From positions 160,001 through 224,000 of the forward strand of contig CAVSHT010000012.1 in the NCBI GenBank assembly GCA_963727895.1: 64,000 nt of DNA, in the 5' to 3' direction. Source of the DNA: an uncultured Methanosarcinaceae archaeon (GTDB lineage Archaea > Halobacteriota > Methanosarcinia > Methanosarcinales > Methanosarcinaceae). Shown in pieces: positions 1-12,268 of the stretch (within the stretch, counting starts at the first letter, position 1; every line of letters begins with the position of its first letter). A program made the position numbers and the translations under genes. The notes beneath the pieces were generated by a model that was not told the DNA's origin, ran no database searches, and saw nothing but the letters and a program-made list of their open reading frames with translations.

Positions 1-2013
<2,013 letters not shown>

Positions 2014-2097
2014 AATCAAGTCCAGGCGAAATCCATTATGCAGCACATCTATACATGACTTCATTTCCTCATCAATTCCGCAATCCCCTTCATATAT

Positions 2098-2226
2098 TGA
2101 GTCTGGCGGCCATAGCGGCAGTGTCACTCCTGTACCCATCCCGAACACAGTAGATAAGCCTGCCCACGTTCCTTACTGTACTGAAGTACGCGAGTCTTCG
2201 GGAACTCTGGATCGCTGCCATTCTCA
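2098..2226 (+). rRNA. rrf: 5S rRNA
   Basis: GGCGGCCATAGC...CCCATCCCGAACAC...CGCTGCC signature, ~85 nt after the 23S end; ends approximate. Confidence 0.96.
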
Positions 2227-3226
2227 CTATATTACTCTATTATTTCTCTATCTTTTCTATGAAAATTTTACTATAGCTAAAAATTACTTCTTTTCAATAT
2301 CGTTTGTTATTTGTACTATTATTTTTTGTTGCATGTTTCTTTTGTGTTTCTTTTGTAGTTGAAATTGTTTATAACTCTCATTCTCAACCAGTTTTTCAAA
2401 CCTTATCCGCTTAAAATTGTTAAATATAATGAAGTCTTTTATTATTTTGGGGAACAGACTCTGACTGATGAAAATAAAATGGATCAAGATATGAGAGTAG
2501 CTTTAGATATAGACTTAGCAAATGGCTTTTGACTAGAGATGAATGTGTTTTCACGGGTGTTTAATAGTTCAAAATCAGGATGATAAGTCCATAAGTGAAC
2601 ATTTAAGTGGAGCAATTAATATTTGGGTAAATATAAAGGAAGAGTTTACAACACAGAAAATTGTTTCTGATATATGTGAGTTTCTTAAAATGAAAATAAA
2701 GACCTTTACTTTCGCTTAATGGAGAAATGTGCTCTAAAAGGCATAAGTATAGGTGAAGGTATATTTGAAGCATTGAGCATGTGTCAATGTGAAGAAGCAA
2801 TAACTAATCCTCAATATGAAAAATCTGATGACATCTCTTATGTATGATTCCTAATGTCTGCATTTTAACTTTACTAAGATTTCAACATAATTTTTTGCAC
2901 TTTATGTATGCTTATTGAGGGCAATCACAGGTTTTTTATATTCTCTACTCTAATCTGCATTCTTACCAATAGTTTGTTCTTTTTTGCTAAAGTTTACCAC
3001 TGAAATTTATACTTTTTTTTTCTTTCTCTCATATACAAAAAAATTAACTCACTGTAACTCTCTCTGGTAAATTCTAATTATTGTTTTATATCTATTTAGG
3101 TGAGATTATATATTCAATTATTAGCTCTTCCATAGTCTAAATTATATATTAGTTCTGAAAACAAGATTCCTTTTTAATATATGTTTATTTACCAGAAAAC
3201 ATCTGTATAATTATAGGGGGTAGTTT

Positions 3227-3853
3227 CTGAATTACATCGAAAGCTATATCGAAACTTGGAAAGATGTTATTCAAAACCCGTCTGATTTTTTCAGAGAAAT
3301 GCCAAAGACGGGAGGGTATGCTGATCCACTTACCTTCACAGCAATAAGCTTCATTATATATGCGCTTTTAACCGCCCTTTTAACTGTGTTTTTTGGACGT
3401 GGAATGTATATTGGCGGTATGTATGGAGGCATGTCTGGAGGCATGTATGGTGGAATGTACAGTAGCGCGAGAAGTTTCGGCTTTCTCGCAATACTTATGA
3501 CTGTAATTATATCACCTATTGCGGGTGTTATTTCTCTCTTTATCGAATCTGCAATTCTTTACGTCCTTTATAAAGTACTTGGAGGAACTGGAAGTTACGA
3601 GGGTACTGTAAGATTCGTTTCTTATGCTACTGCTGTGCTGGTACTTTCCTGGATTCCTATCATTAGTTAGATTGTTGGGATCTATGGAATATATCTCTAT
3701 ATTGTGGGTGGTATGTATGTACATGACATGATCATGGCAAGATCCGCAATAGCTATACTTCTACCAACTTTAGTTGTAATCTTAATTATGGCTATAGTTA
3801 TGGCAGAACTATTTGCTTTATCAGGATTATTTCCGTTCTTAATTTTTCTCTAA
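3227..3853 (+). pseudogene. YIP1-family membrane protein interrupted by an in-frame TAG (3668-3670); apparent CTG start
   Basis: One frame from CTG 3227 (after GGGGG SD) to TAA 3853: YIETWKDVIQNPSDFFREM..GGYADPL..GGTGSYEGTVRFVSYA..WIPIIS*IVGIYGIYLYIVGGMYVH; hydrophobic helices and GGMY repeats. Confidence 0.75.
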
Positions 3854-3998
3854 TGAGTTATCCTTTTATAGGAATAACTCCTTTTATTTTTTGTATCTGA
3901 ATTCCTTATAAATTTACAAAACTATTGCCGCAAACTAAATATTTATATATTAGAACTTACTTTATTTGAATCTACGCGACCGAAGCGTGATCAAGAAT

Positions 3999-4070
3999 GC
4001 CAAGATGGCGGAGCGGCTACGCAATCGCCTGCAGAGCGATTCCATTCCGGTTCGAATCCGGATCTTGGCT
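3999..4070 (+). tRNA. tRNA-Cys (GCA), copy 1
   Basis: 72-nt cloverleaf, acceptor stem GCCAAGA/TCTTGGC, anticodon loop CTGCAGA, T-loop GGTTCGAATCC; no encoded CCA. Confidence 0.97.
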
Positions 4071-4134
4071 TTTTCTTTATATAATTATTAATCAAAAATT
4101 ATATTCTAAGATATTTCAAACAAATTTGCATAAT

Positions 4135-4206
4135 GCCAAGATGGCGGAGCGGCTACGCAATCGCCTGCAGAGCGATTCCATTCCGGTTCGAATCCGGATC
4201 TTGGCT
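4135..4206 (+). tRNA. tRNA-Cys (GCA), copy 2
   Basis: Identical 72-nt copy of 3999-4070. Confidence 0.97.
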
Positions 4207-4375
4207 TTTTTAAAAACTTTTTTGTTTTGTGTTTTTTGTTCTTTGTTCTTTGTGGTATTATCCATAAAGTTATAGAGTTTTTTAATATTTCTACTGTATT
4301 TATTGATTTTTTAATATTCTGATTTTTTCTTTCAGAGCTTTTGGTTTTTTATATTAGAGAATACTAGTTCGGATC

Positions 4376-4990
4376 ATGGACATCGAAGAACTCATGAAGA
4401 GGCTTTTTGAGCTTTATCCTGAAGATGATACCAATGGTTTTAAAGATCCTTTTTTTGTGTTAATTTCTACTGTGATGTCCCACAGAACTCGGGATGATGT
4501 GACCTATCCTGCAGCAAGGAAGCTTTTTGAAATATTTTCAACGCCTGAAGAAATGGTAAAAGCTGATGTTAGTGAAATTGAAAATCTCATAAAAGATGTG
4601 GGTTTTTACAGGGTCAAGGCAGGAAGAATAAAGGAAATTTCCAGAATTCTTCTGGAAAAATACGATGGTAAGGTTCCTGATGATATGGAGGCTCTTCTCG
4701 AATTGCCTGGAGTAGGCAGAAAGACTGCTAACTGTGTTCTTGCCCATGCTTTTCTTAAGGATGCTCTTGCAGTGGATACTCACGTTCACAGGATTTCTAA
4801 CAGGCTTGGTCTGGTAGAGACAAAAATTCCTGAGGAAACTGAAACTGAATTAAAAAAGATCTTTCCCCAGAGATACTGGAGACATATAAATCTCTTGCTT
4901 GTAAAATTAGGGCAAAATATCTGCCGACCTATTTCTCCCAGGTGTGAAATCTGTGCCCTAAATGATATGTGTCCCAAAATACTCTTTTAA
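4376..4990 (+). CDS. nth: Endonuclease III (HhH-GPD, 4Fe-4S)
   Basis: LPGVGRKTA HhH motif, VDTHVHR, C-terminal CRPISPRCEICALNDMC cluster motif. Confidence 0.93.
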   Translation: MDIEELMKRLFELYPEDDTNGFKDPFFVLISTVMSHRTRDDVTYPAARKLFEIFSTPEEMVKADVSEIENLIKDVGFYRVKAGRIKEISRILLEKYDGKVPDDMEALLELPGVGRKTANCVLAHAFLKDALAVDTHVHRISNRLGLVETKIPEETETELKKIFPQRYWRHINLLLVKLGQNICRPISPRCEICALNDMCPKILF

Positions 4991-5234
4991 TAGGAATTTT
5001 TCTGTAGCCTTAAATTCTGAAATCAAATCCATAAATCGAAATTCTCATACCCTATCGAGGCTGGACAAAAACCTGCTAGATATACGAGATTAATTTATAT
5101 ATAAAGCCTGCATTTAGCAGGCAAAAGGGTTATTCGTATCCTTAATTGATGGTAAATTAATTCCAGGTATACGGCTATCTACACCGTTATCAATACTCAG
5201 GATTATATCATTTATCACATTTACGAGGTCAAAT

Positions 5235-5718
5235 ATGTTTCAAATAGGAGAAGCTTTAATGGGGCAAGGTGCAGAACTTGCCCATGTTGATTTGATGATT
5301 GGAGACAAAGGAGGGTCCTGTAGGACAGGCTTTTGCAAACGGTCTTACCCAGCTTTCAGTCGGACATACTCCACTCCTTTCTGTTATTAGGCCTAACCTG
5401 CCACCTAAACCTTCAACTCTTATTATCCCGAAGGTTACAGTAAAGAATATGGAACAGGCATGAAGAATTTTTGGACCTGCTCAGTCCGCTGTTGCAAAGG
5501 CAGTAGCAGATTCAGTTGAAGAAGGCGTAATCTCAAAGGACCAGGTTGAAGATCTTGTCATTGTAGCTAGTGTCTTTATCCATCCTGACGCTCAGGACTA
5601 CAACAAAATCTATAGATACAACTATGGAGCCACAAAACTCGCAATCAAGCGTGCTCTTGAGGGCTTCCCGGACATCAATACAGTTCTTGAAGAAAGCAAC
5701 AAGTCTACTCATGCTATT
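5235..5718 (+). pseudogene. fae: Formaldehyde-activating enzyme (Fae) domain of the Fae-Hps fusion, disrupted
   Basis: ATG 5235 [26 protein letters not shown]; +1 frameshift at ~5313-5315; resumes [32 protein letters not shown] 5461-5463; then RIFGPAQSAVAKAVAD..YRYNYGATK in frame with Hps. Confidence 0.9.
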
Positions 5719-6414
5719 ATGGGATTCAAGGTCACAAGGCTCTGGGATCCACCCTATCTGCAGGTTGCTTTTGACAATCCTAACATTGAATTCGTGCAAT
5801 CTGCTATTTCTCAGATTCCTAAAAGCGATCACGTTATTATCGAAGCAGGTACACCTCTTATCAAACGCTATGGTATGGATGTAATTTCGAAGATCAGAGA
5901 GGTAAGGCCTGATGCTTTCATAGTAGCTGACCTGAAGACTCTGGACACCGGAAACCTTGAAGCAAGAATGGTCGCTGACGCTGCAGGAGACGCTATTGTA
6001 GTTTCTGCCCTTGCTCCTATCAGCACTATTGACAAACTTATTGAGGAAGCTCATAAGACTGGTATCTATGCAGTGATGGATACACTTAATCAGCGCGATC
6101 CAATTGCTGTCTTAAAACAGCTTAAGGTCATGCCTGATGTCATTGAACTCCACCGCGGAATCGATATTGAGTCCACTGAACATGCATGGGGCAATATCAG
6201 CGAGATCAAGAAGATTGCTCCAAAAACTCTTGTTGCTGTTGCAGGTGGCGTCCGTCTTGACAAAGTGCCTGTGGCTCTCAGCCAGGGTGCTGACATTCTT
6301 GTAGTAGGACGTGCAATTACTAACTCAAAAGATGTTAGGGAAGTTGCTGAGCAGTTTATCAACAGCCTTAACAAGCCGGAAATTGACCAGTTCAGGGTCA
6401 TGACTGACTTTTAA
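5719..6414 (+). CDS. hps: 3-hexulose-6-phosphate synthase domain (intact C-terminal half of Fae-Hps)
   Basis: [38 protein letters not shown] motifs; open to TAA. Confidence 0.88.
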   Translation: MGFKVTRLWDPPYLQVAFDNPNIEFVQSAISQIPKSDHVIIEAGTPLIKRYGMDVISKIREVRPDAFIVADLKTLDTGNLEARMVADAAGDAIVVSALAPISTIDKLIEEAHKTGIYAVMDTLNQRDPIAVLKQLKVMPDVIELHRGIDIESTEHAWGNISEIKKIAPKTLVAVAGGVRLDKVPVALSQGADILVVGRAITNSKDVREVAEQFINSLNKPEIDQFRVMTDF

Positions 6415-6565
6415 ACGCAAGTTTAAAAATTTCCCGAAAAACAGTTGTCGAAAATCTATTACTAATTACAAAGAGTAACTCCATAGGTTTTCGGTAAAAA
6501 ATTCTAAAGAGAAAGCGTTGAAATTCACGCTTTCCATTTCTTTTCATTTTTCAAGAGGGGATTTT

Positions 6566-7234
6566 TTGGGTCTACCATTCATTCTGTTGAACTACAAGAC
6601 TTATTTGCAGGGTACAGGCCAGGGAGCAGTGGAAATTGCCAGAGCCTGTAAAACCGTCTCCGAAGAATCAGGTATCGAAATAGCAGTAGCTCCGCAGCTT
6701 TCTGATATTTATAGGGTAGCTTCAGAAGTTGAACTTCCTATCTTTTCACAGCATCTGGATGGCGTAGGAGCAGGAAGTTTTACAGGTCACGTTTTTGGAA
6801 AATCTATAAAAGACGCAGGTGCTGTAGGAACTCTGATAAATCACTCTGAAAGACGAATTACCCTTGCAGAAATTGAAGCGTCGCTGAAAGCTGCAAAAGA
6901 ATTCGGGTTAAGGTCAGTTATCTGCACTAATAATGTCCCAACAACTGCAGCAGCTGCAGCCCTTGATCCAGATTACGTTGCAATCGAACCTCCTGAACTT
7001 ATAGGAAGTGGCATTCCTGTATCAAAAGCTGATCCTGAAGTCGTTAGTGGCTCGGTAGAAGCAGTTTCAAAAATCAATCCCGGCGTTAAAGTTCTCTGCG
7101 GTGCTGGGATCTCAAAAGGGGAAGATCTTAAGGCAGCCCTTGACCTTGGCTCACAAGGCGTGCTTCTAGCATCAGGAATTGTGAAAGCTAAAGACCCAAA
7201 GACTGCACTGGAAGATCTGATCCGTCTGGTTTAA
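6566..7234 (+). CDS. tpiA: Triosephosphate isomerase (archaeal type)
   Basis: LNYKTY, NHSERR, AIEPPELIG, GAGIS, VLLASG; TTG start after GAGGGG. Confidence 0.95.
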   Translation: MGLPFILLNYKTYLQGTGQGAVEIARACKTVSEESGIEIAVAPQLSDIYRVASEVELPIFSQHLDGVGAGSFTGHVFGKSIKDAGAVGTLINHSERRITLAEIEASLKAAKEFGLRSVICTNNVPTTAAAAALDPDYVAIEPPELIGSGIPVSKADPEVVSGSVEAVSKINPGVKVLCGAGISKGEDLKAALDLGSQGVLLASGIVKAKDPKTALEDLIRLV

Positions 7235-7249
7235 GTTTTATTTTTTGCT

Positions 7250-10009
7250 TTAGGCTGCTTTGTTATTTGCTTCTAGGTATTTGGTGAGAGGTTTTAATGC
7301 TCTCTCATCTCCAATTTCTATAAGCAGGAGCACAGAGTTCCCTCTGACATTCTTGTTTTCACTGCTAAGTCCTTTTATAAGAGGTTCCATAGCTTCTCCT
7401 TTCCTATCTATAAGGGCTTTTGAGGCTCTGTTTCTTACTTCTTTGTTATTATCTCCTAAAGCTTTGACGAGAGTTTCGATTGCTTTTTCGTCTTCAATTT
7501 CTTCTAAAGCAGTAACAGCAGAAATCCTAATCTTGGGATTATTATCTCCCAGAGCTTGCTCAAAAATTTCAATTTCTTTTGGATCGTTTATTTTTCCCAG
7601 AGCTTCTAAAGCAGTGCATCTTACTGTTTCATTTCCGTCTGTTGTAGCGTTAGCAAGCGCATTTTCAGCTGTACTACCACTTATATTTCCAAGGGCCCAT
7701 GCTGAAGCGATTCTTACATTTTCATCTTCATCTTGTAGTGCCACAATTAAAGAGTTTACTGCTCCTTTATCTCCTATTGTTCCAAGAGCCAGAACTGCGC
7801 TTTTCCTTACTATTGGATCTTTACTGGACAATGTCTGAGTCAAAGGTTCAACAGCCTTGGGGTTTCCAATTTCTCCCAGAGCAAGGGCTGCACGACTTTT
7901 TACTGAATTATTTTCGTTCAAAGCCGCGATAAGAGGATCTACTGCCTGTTGATTTCCTATCTTTCCAAGAGAAGTTGCACTACACTCTTTCACGCTGTCG
8001 CATTCATCCATTTTCAAAGCAAGTGACAAGGGCCCAACTGCCTTTTCACTTCCAATTTCTCCAAGGGAGTAGGCTGCACAGGCTTTAGTTTCATTTAAAT
8101 CTTTTACAAGTACTTCAATAAGAGGATCTACTGAATTTTTATCTCCTATTTCTCCCAGTGCAAATATAGAACTGATTCTCATATAACTGTTTTCACTTTT
8201 TAGCACGTTCAAAAGCTTCTCCTGTGCGTTTTCATCCTTTGGATCTACTCCGCAAATCTCTTCATATTTATTTATGTTTTGGGGATCAGCTTCTAATGCA
8301 TCGATTAGGAGGGCATCGATTAGGGGGGTCGCTTCTGATTTTTTATTATTTTCAAAAGTTTCTGAAACCTCTTTTCGGAATTTAGCATCTTTTTGGTTTA
8401 CAACTGTCAAAAGAGGTTGATTTCTTTTTTCATTGTTTTTGATTCCTTTAAATTCAGTAGAATTGTTTGTTTTTTCCTTAAACAATTCATTAAGTCCTGA
8501 AACAGCTTTTTTGTCTCCGATTTCAATTAGTGAAAATGTAATGTATTTTCTAGCTGTTTTATTCTTATTTTCAAGGGCCTTTGTCAAAGCTGGAACTGCA
8601 GGTTTTCCTATTTTTGTCAGAGCTAGGGCGCAGTTAAGTCTTAAGTCTTCATTTTTAGCCGAAAGATTTTGAATTAGAGGTTCGATAGCTCTTTTATCCC
8701 CTATCTGTCCAAGAGCCCATGCTGCTGTACAGGATGCATATGTATCGTCATCTGATAGGGTTTCGATAAGAGGTTTAACTGCTGGTTTTCCAATTCCTAC
8801 CAGAATGTCTACAGCATGTGATTTTATATTACTATCTCCATTTTTTAATGCCTGAACAATTGGTTTAGTGTTTCTGTTTCCTGACTCCATAAGAGTCTTT
8901 TCAGTCATATTTCTGACTTCTTCATCAGGATCTTTTAACTGCTTTATTAGAGCTGTTGTTGCTTCTTCATCTCCTACTTCTCCAAGAGCTTTCACAATAG
9001 AACCTCTTACTTCAGGATCATTGTCTGAAAGAGCACTTATCAAAGCTTTTTCTGCTCTTTGATCTCCGATATCTCCTAATTCAACAGCTGCAGTAGCGCG
9101 GATTTCCGGATCTGCATCAGATAAGAGCTGAATCAAGGGTTCTGTTGCTTTTTCTTCTCTGAGTTCTCCAAGAGCTACAATAGCTCTTTTTCTTGTCTCA
9201 TTATCTTCGTCATTCAGCTCCTTAATCAATGGTTTAGTGGCTTTTTCACTCCCTATCCTTCCGAGGGCTTCCACAGCGTTACTTCGAACCTCTCTATCTT
9301 CATCTGAAAGGGCCTTTATTAAAGGCTCTTCTACGTTTTTACCCCCAAGTTTCCCTAATGCTTCTGCAGCACTGGATCTTACATCACTATTATTATCTTC
9401 AAGAGCTTTACATAGAGCCTCAGTAATTTTGTCATTTCCTACAGACCCTGAGAATAATGTTGCCTTCCAATCGTCTTCTTTTGAAGAAGAGCCTACATTT
9501 GCAATTTCGCCAAGAGCCCATGCTGAATTGGAGCGCACTCTCCCGTCTTCATCTGAAAGTGACTGAATTAGTTGTTCTTCTGCCATCTGGCTTCTTGCAT
9601 TACCAAGAGCCAGAGTCGCATTGCTTCTAACATTCGGATCTTCGTCCTTTAAAAGCTCTATTAAAGCTTTTTCTGCTTTTTGCCCACCTATATTTCCAAG
9701 AGCTAAAGCTACTTCACACTTCACTTCCGGTTTTCCCGAATCAATAACATCTATGAGAGGATCTACAGCTTTTTCTCCCATATCTTCCAGAGTAAATCTA
9801 GCCTCTGTTCTGGTGTTTATATCATCGGCACCTAATTTCTGTATCAAAGGTTCTGCAGCTTGTTGTGTTTTCGACTCATTTATATCTAATATAGTTCCAC
9901 TTAAATTTTCGCTGAGGTTTTCTTTTTTGCTTTCGTTGAGCCCTGAAGCAACTCCAATCATTGTCAGTATAAATAGCAGCAGTAAAATTGTAGGTACTGA
10001 ATGATTCAT
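7250..10009 (-). CDS. HEAT/PBS-lyase repeat protein with N-terminal signal peptide (919 aa)
   Basis: Many ~31-aa repeats (VRxxAAxALGxIGDxxAVEPLIxxLxDxD); hydrophobic N-terminus. Confidence 0.9.
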   Translation of the reverse strand: MNHSVPTILLLLFILTMIGVASGLNESKKENLSENLSGTILDINESKTQQAAEPLIQKLGADDINTRTEARFTLEDMGEKAVDPLIDVIDSGKPEVKCEVALALGNIGGQKAEKALIELLKDEDPNVRSNATLALGNARSQMAEEQLIQSLSDEDGRVRSNSAWALGEIANVGSSSKEDDWKATLFSGSVGNDKITEALCKALEDNNSDVRSSAAEALGKLGGKNVEEPLIKALSDEDREVRSNAVEALGRIGSEKATKPLIKELNDEDNETRKRAIVALGELREEKATEPLIQLLSDADPEIRATAAVELGDIGDQRAEKALISALSDNDPEVRGSIVKALGEVGDEEATTALIKQLKDPDEEVRNMTEKTLMESGNRNTKPIVQALKNGDSNIKSHAVDILVGIGKPAVKPLIETLSDDDTYASCTAAWALGQIGDKRAIEPLIQNLSAKNEDLRLNCALALTKIGKPAVPALTKALENKNKTARKYITFSLIEIGDKKAVSGLNELFKEKTNNSTEFKGIKNNEKRNQPLLTVVNQKDAKFRKEVSETFENNKKSEATPLIDALLIDALEADPQNINKYEEICGVDPKDENAQEKLLNVLKSENSYMRISSIFALGEIGDKNSVDPLIEVLVKDLNETKACAAYSLGEIGSEKAVGPLSLALKMDECDSVKECSATSLGKIGNQQAVDPLIAALNENNSVKSRAALALGEIGNPKAVEPLTQTLSSKDPIVRKSAVLALGTIGDKGAVNSLIVALQDEDENVRIASAWALGNISGSTAENALANATTDGNETVRCTALEALGKINDPKEIEIFEQALGDNNPKIRISAVTALEEIEDEKAIETLVKALGDNNKEVRNRASKALIDRKGEAMEPLIKGLSSENKNVRGNSVLLLIEIGDERALKPLTKYLEANNKAA

Positions 10010-10629
10010 ATTTCACACCATTTTTATGAATTCAATCTTGATTTGATTTTGGGATTTAGATTCGCTTCTATGCAGACTCTCTAACTAAGGAATCACTAAT
10101 GTAAATTTGTGTAAAGTAGATTTTTAGAAATGACATCTCAACAGAGGATATGCCTTATTAAAGGCAGACTTGTGTAATAAAAAAACGACGTCATTGATGG
10201 AGTTCTTGAGAAGCTTTAGAATCTATGTAATTTTTATTTATTATCCATTTTCTATTTTATTAATTATAATTTAAAACTCATATGTTAATATAATATGGTA
10301 ATTTACATTATAAAAAATCGTTTTATTAAAAATATACATCATAAATTTATTCTCATGATTTCTATAAATTTTAATATCCATCGAAAATAATTCTTTCAAC
10401 TATCTAATGATAAGGAAATAAAAAATATAATAATATTTGGGTAAGAATCATTACCCTTTTGGCTAACAAATTTTCATGGTAAAAACATAAAAGTATTTTT
10501 CAATATAACTCGTATACATTTAATTTTCTACAACTTCTACCAAAAAGATTTTTCCAATATTAAACTTCAGGAGTAATTTTATATAAAAAAGAATGCGGCT
10601 ATTTTTCAGCCTTTTGTTTTTTCAGCGTC

Positions 10630-12195
10630 TTAATTACTGAAAGTTAGAATAAGAGGTTTAATAGCTCTTTTATCTCCGATTTCAATAAGAATTAAGGCTG
10701 TTTCAGCTTTAATTTTCGAATCCTTCGTTTTCAAATTTTCGATTAATGGGTCAACCGCAGTTTCTCCCATTTCTATAAGGGATTCTCTCGCGCTAACTCC
10801 AAAATCTTTATCTCTCAGTTTTCCCACAAGGATTTTTGCAGTTTCGTTATTTTTGTTTTTGCTAAGGGCTAGAAAAGCTGCATTTCTAACGTTTACATCA
10901 GTGTTATTGTCATTAAAGACCTTTTTGAGAGTTTCTACATTTTTGGAATTTTTTATATTCCCTAGAGCTGCAGCTGCAGCTGTTCTGACCTCAAGTGCCT
11001 CTTCTTTATCGGTCAGTATGCTGGTTAAAATCTCTGTAGCGTCTGTGCTTCCTATTTCTCCAAGAGCAAGGATAGCGCTTTTTCGGACATCAGTGTTTGC
11101 ATTCATGGAATTCTTATTTTGCCCTGCTGAATCTTTTCCGGTTTCCAAAATTTCTATCAGAGGCTTTACTGTTGTCTCGTTTCCTATTTCTCCGAGTGCA
11201 AGAATTGCACTACTTCTTACTCTGATTTTCTGGTCTCTCAATCTATCTATAAGATAAGGTACTGAATTTTCGTCTCCTATCTTTCCCAGCGCGATTGCAG
11301 AGCTACTTCTGACGTATTCACCATCGCCATCTTTCATTTCTTTCTTTAAAGTTTCTACTGCCCTTTCATCTCCAATTTTTCCAAGCGCAATGGCTGCACT
11401 TGCTTTCGCCAGCGGATAATCTCTATTTAGAATTCTAAGTATGGGATCTACTGCATCGTTTTCTCTCATTTCTCCAAGAGCCATCATAGCTGCAACTCTT
11501 GTGCTTCCTTTATTGCTCTTAAGAGCTTCAATAAGTTTTTCAGTCTCACTGCCTGTTTTTTCAGGTCCAAATTCTGAAAGCGCTAGAGGGGTATAGATAC
11601 TTGAATTCTGTATTTCTGATTTAAGAGCTATTTCAAGAGCATTGGTTTCTTTATTGCTGTCTGCCTGAGCTGAGTCCATAGCAATGGAGTCTGCAATGTA
11701 CTTTCTTGTGGCCTCATCCTTTGCTTCTATAGCTTGTAGAATATTTTCTGAGAGCATTCTTTTACTTTCTTCGTCTGTACTTTCATTTGCAGCCTTGTTC
11801 AAAGCTTGAGTTTTTTCAAAGTTCTTGGAAAGGATATTTTCTGCTCTGTCGTCTCCAGTTTCAAGAAGCGCAAGAAGCATGTAGCTATTTGCTTTTTCCG
11901 AACTCGAATTGTTTAACTCAATCTTATTAACGAGGGCGGTAGCTGCAGGTTTTCCAAGTTTCCCTATTTCAGATGCAGTACTTAATCTCGTTTCGTGACT
12001 ACCGACTTCCAGTCGTTTTGTGAGATTTGTGAAATTTATAGCCAGATTTTCATGTGAAACTCCAGTTCGCGTCTGTACGTTTGTTTCATTGCCCTTGACT
12101 TCTACAAACCTATCACTATTTGCAAGAAGTGAAAAAAATATAGAAAGAGTAATTAGGACAAATAAAATAGAGACTCTCCATCTGACTCTGGACAT
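10630..12195 (-). CDS. HEAT/PBS-lyase repeat protein with N-terminal signal peptide or anchor (521 aa)
   Basis: Repeats such as VRSSSAIALGKIGDENSVPYLIDRL; N-terminal RVRWR followed by a hydrophobic stretch. Confidence 0.9.
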   Translation of the reverse strand: MSRVRWRVSILFVLITLSIFFSLLANSDRFVEVKGNETNVQTRTGVSHENLAINFTNLTKRLEVGSHETRLSTASEIGKLGKPAATALVNKIELNNSSSEKANSYMLLALLETGDDRAENILSKNFEKTQALNKAANESTDEESKRMLSENILQAIEAKDEATRKYIADSIAMDSAQADSNKETNALEIALKSEIQNSSIYTPLALSEFGPEKTGSETEKLIEALKSNKGSTRVAAMMALGEMRENDAVDPILRILNRDYPLAKASAAIALGKIGDERAVETLKKEMKDGDGEYVRSSSAIALGKIGDENSVPYLIDRLRDQKIRVRSSAILALGEIGNETTVKPLIEILETGKDSAGQNKNSMNANTDVRKSAILALGEIGSTDATEILTSILTDKEEALEVRTAAAAALGNIKNSKNVETLKKVFNDNNTDVNVRNAAFLALSKNKNNETAKILVGKLRDKDFGVSARESLIEMGETAVDPLIENLKTKDSKIKAETALILIEIGDKRAIKPLILTFSN

Positions 12196-12268
12196 TACAT
12201 TATAATTTTTTTTATTGCTTATATTACTTTCTGTTTTTATTTGTATAGATGTCCCTGAAGAATTATTT

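Noticed and set aside
3997..4275. 92-aa ORF with an internal repeat
   Set aside because: Translation across the two tRNA-Cys genes
5461..5463. TGA as selenocysteine in Fae (also 53731 in mrr)
   Set aside because: Positions do not look like Cys-equivalent catalytic sites, Sec decoding is not known in Methanosarcina, and fae also has a frameshift
7260..11257. Long plus-strand ORFs with periodic PRA/SPI motifs
   Set aside because: Antisense shadows of the HEAT-repeat genes
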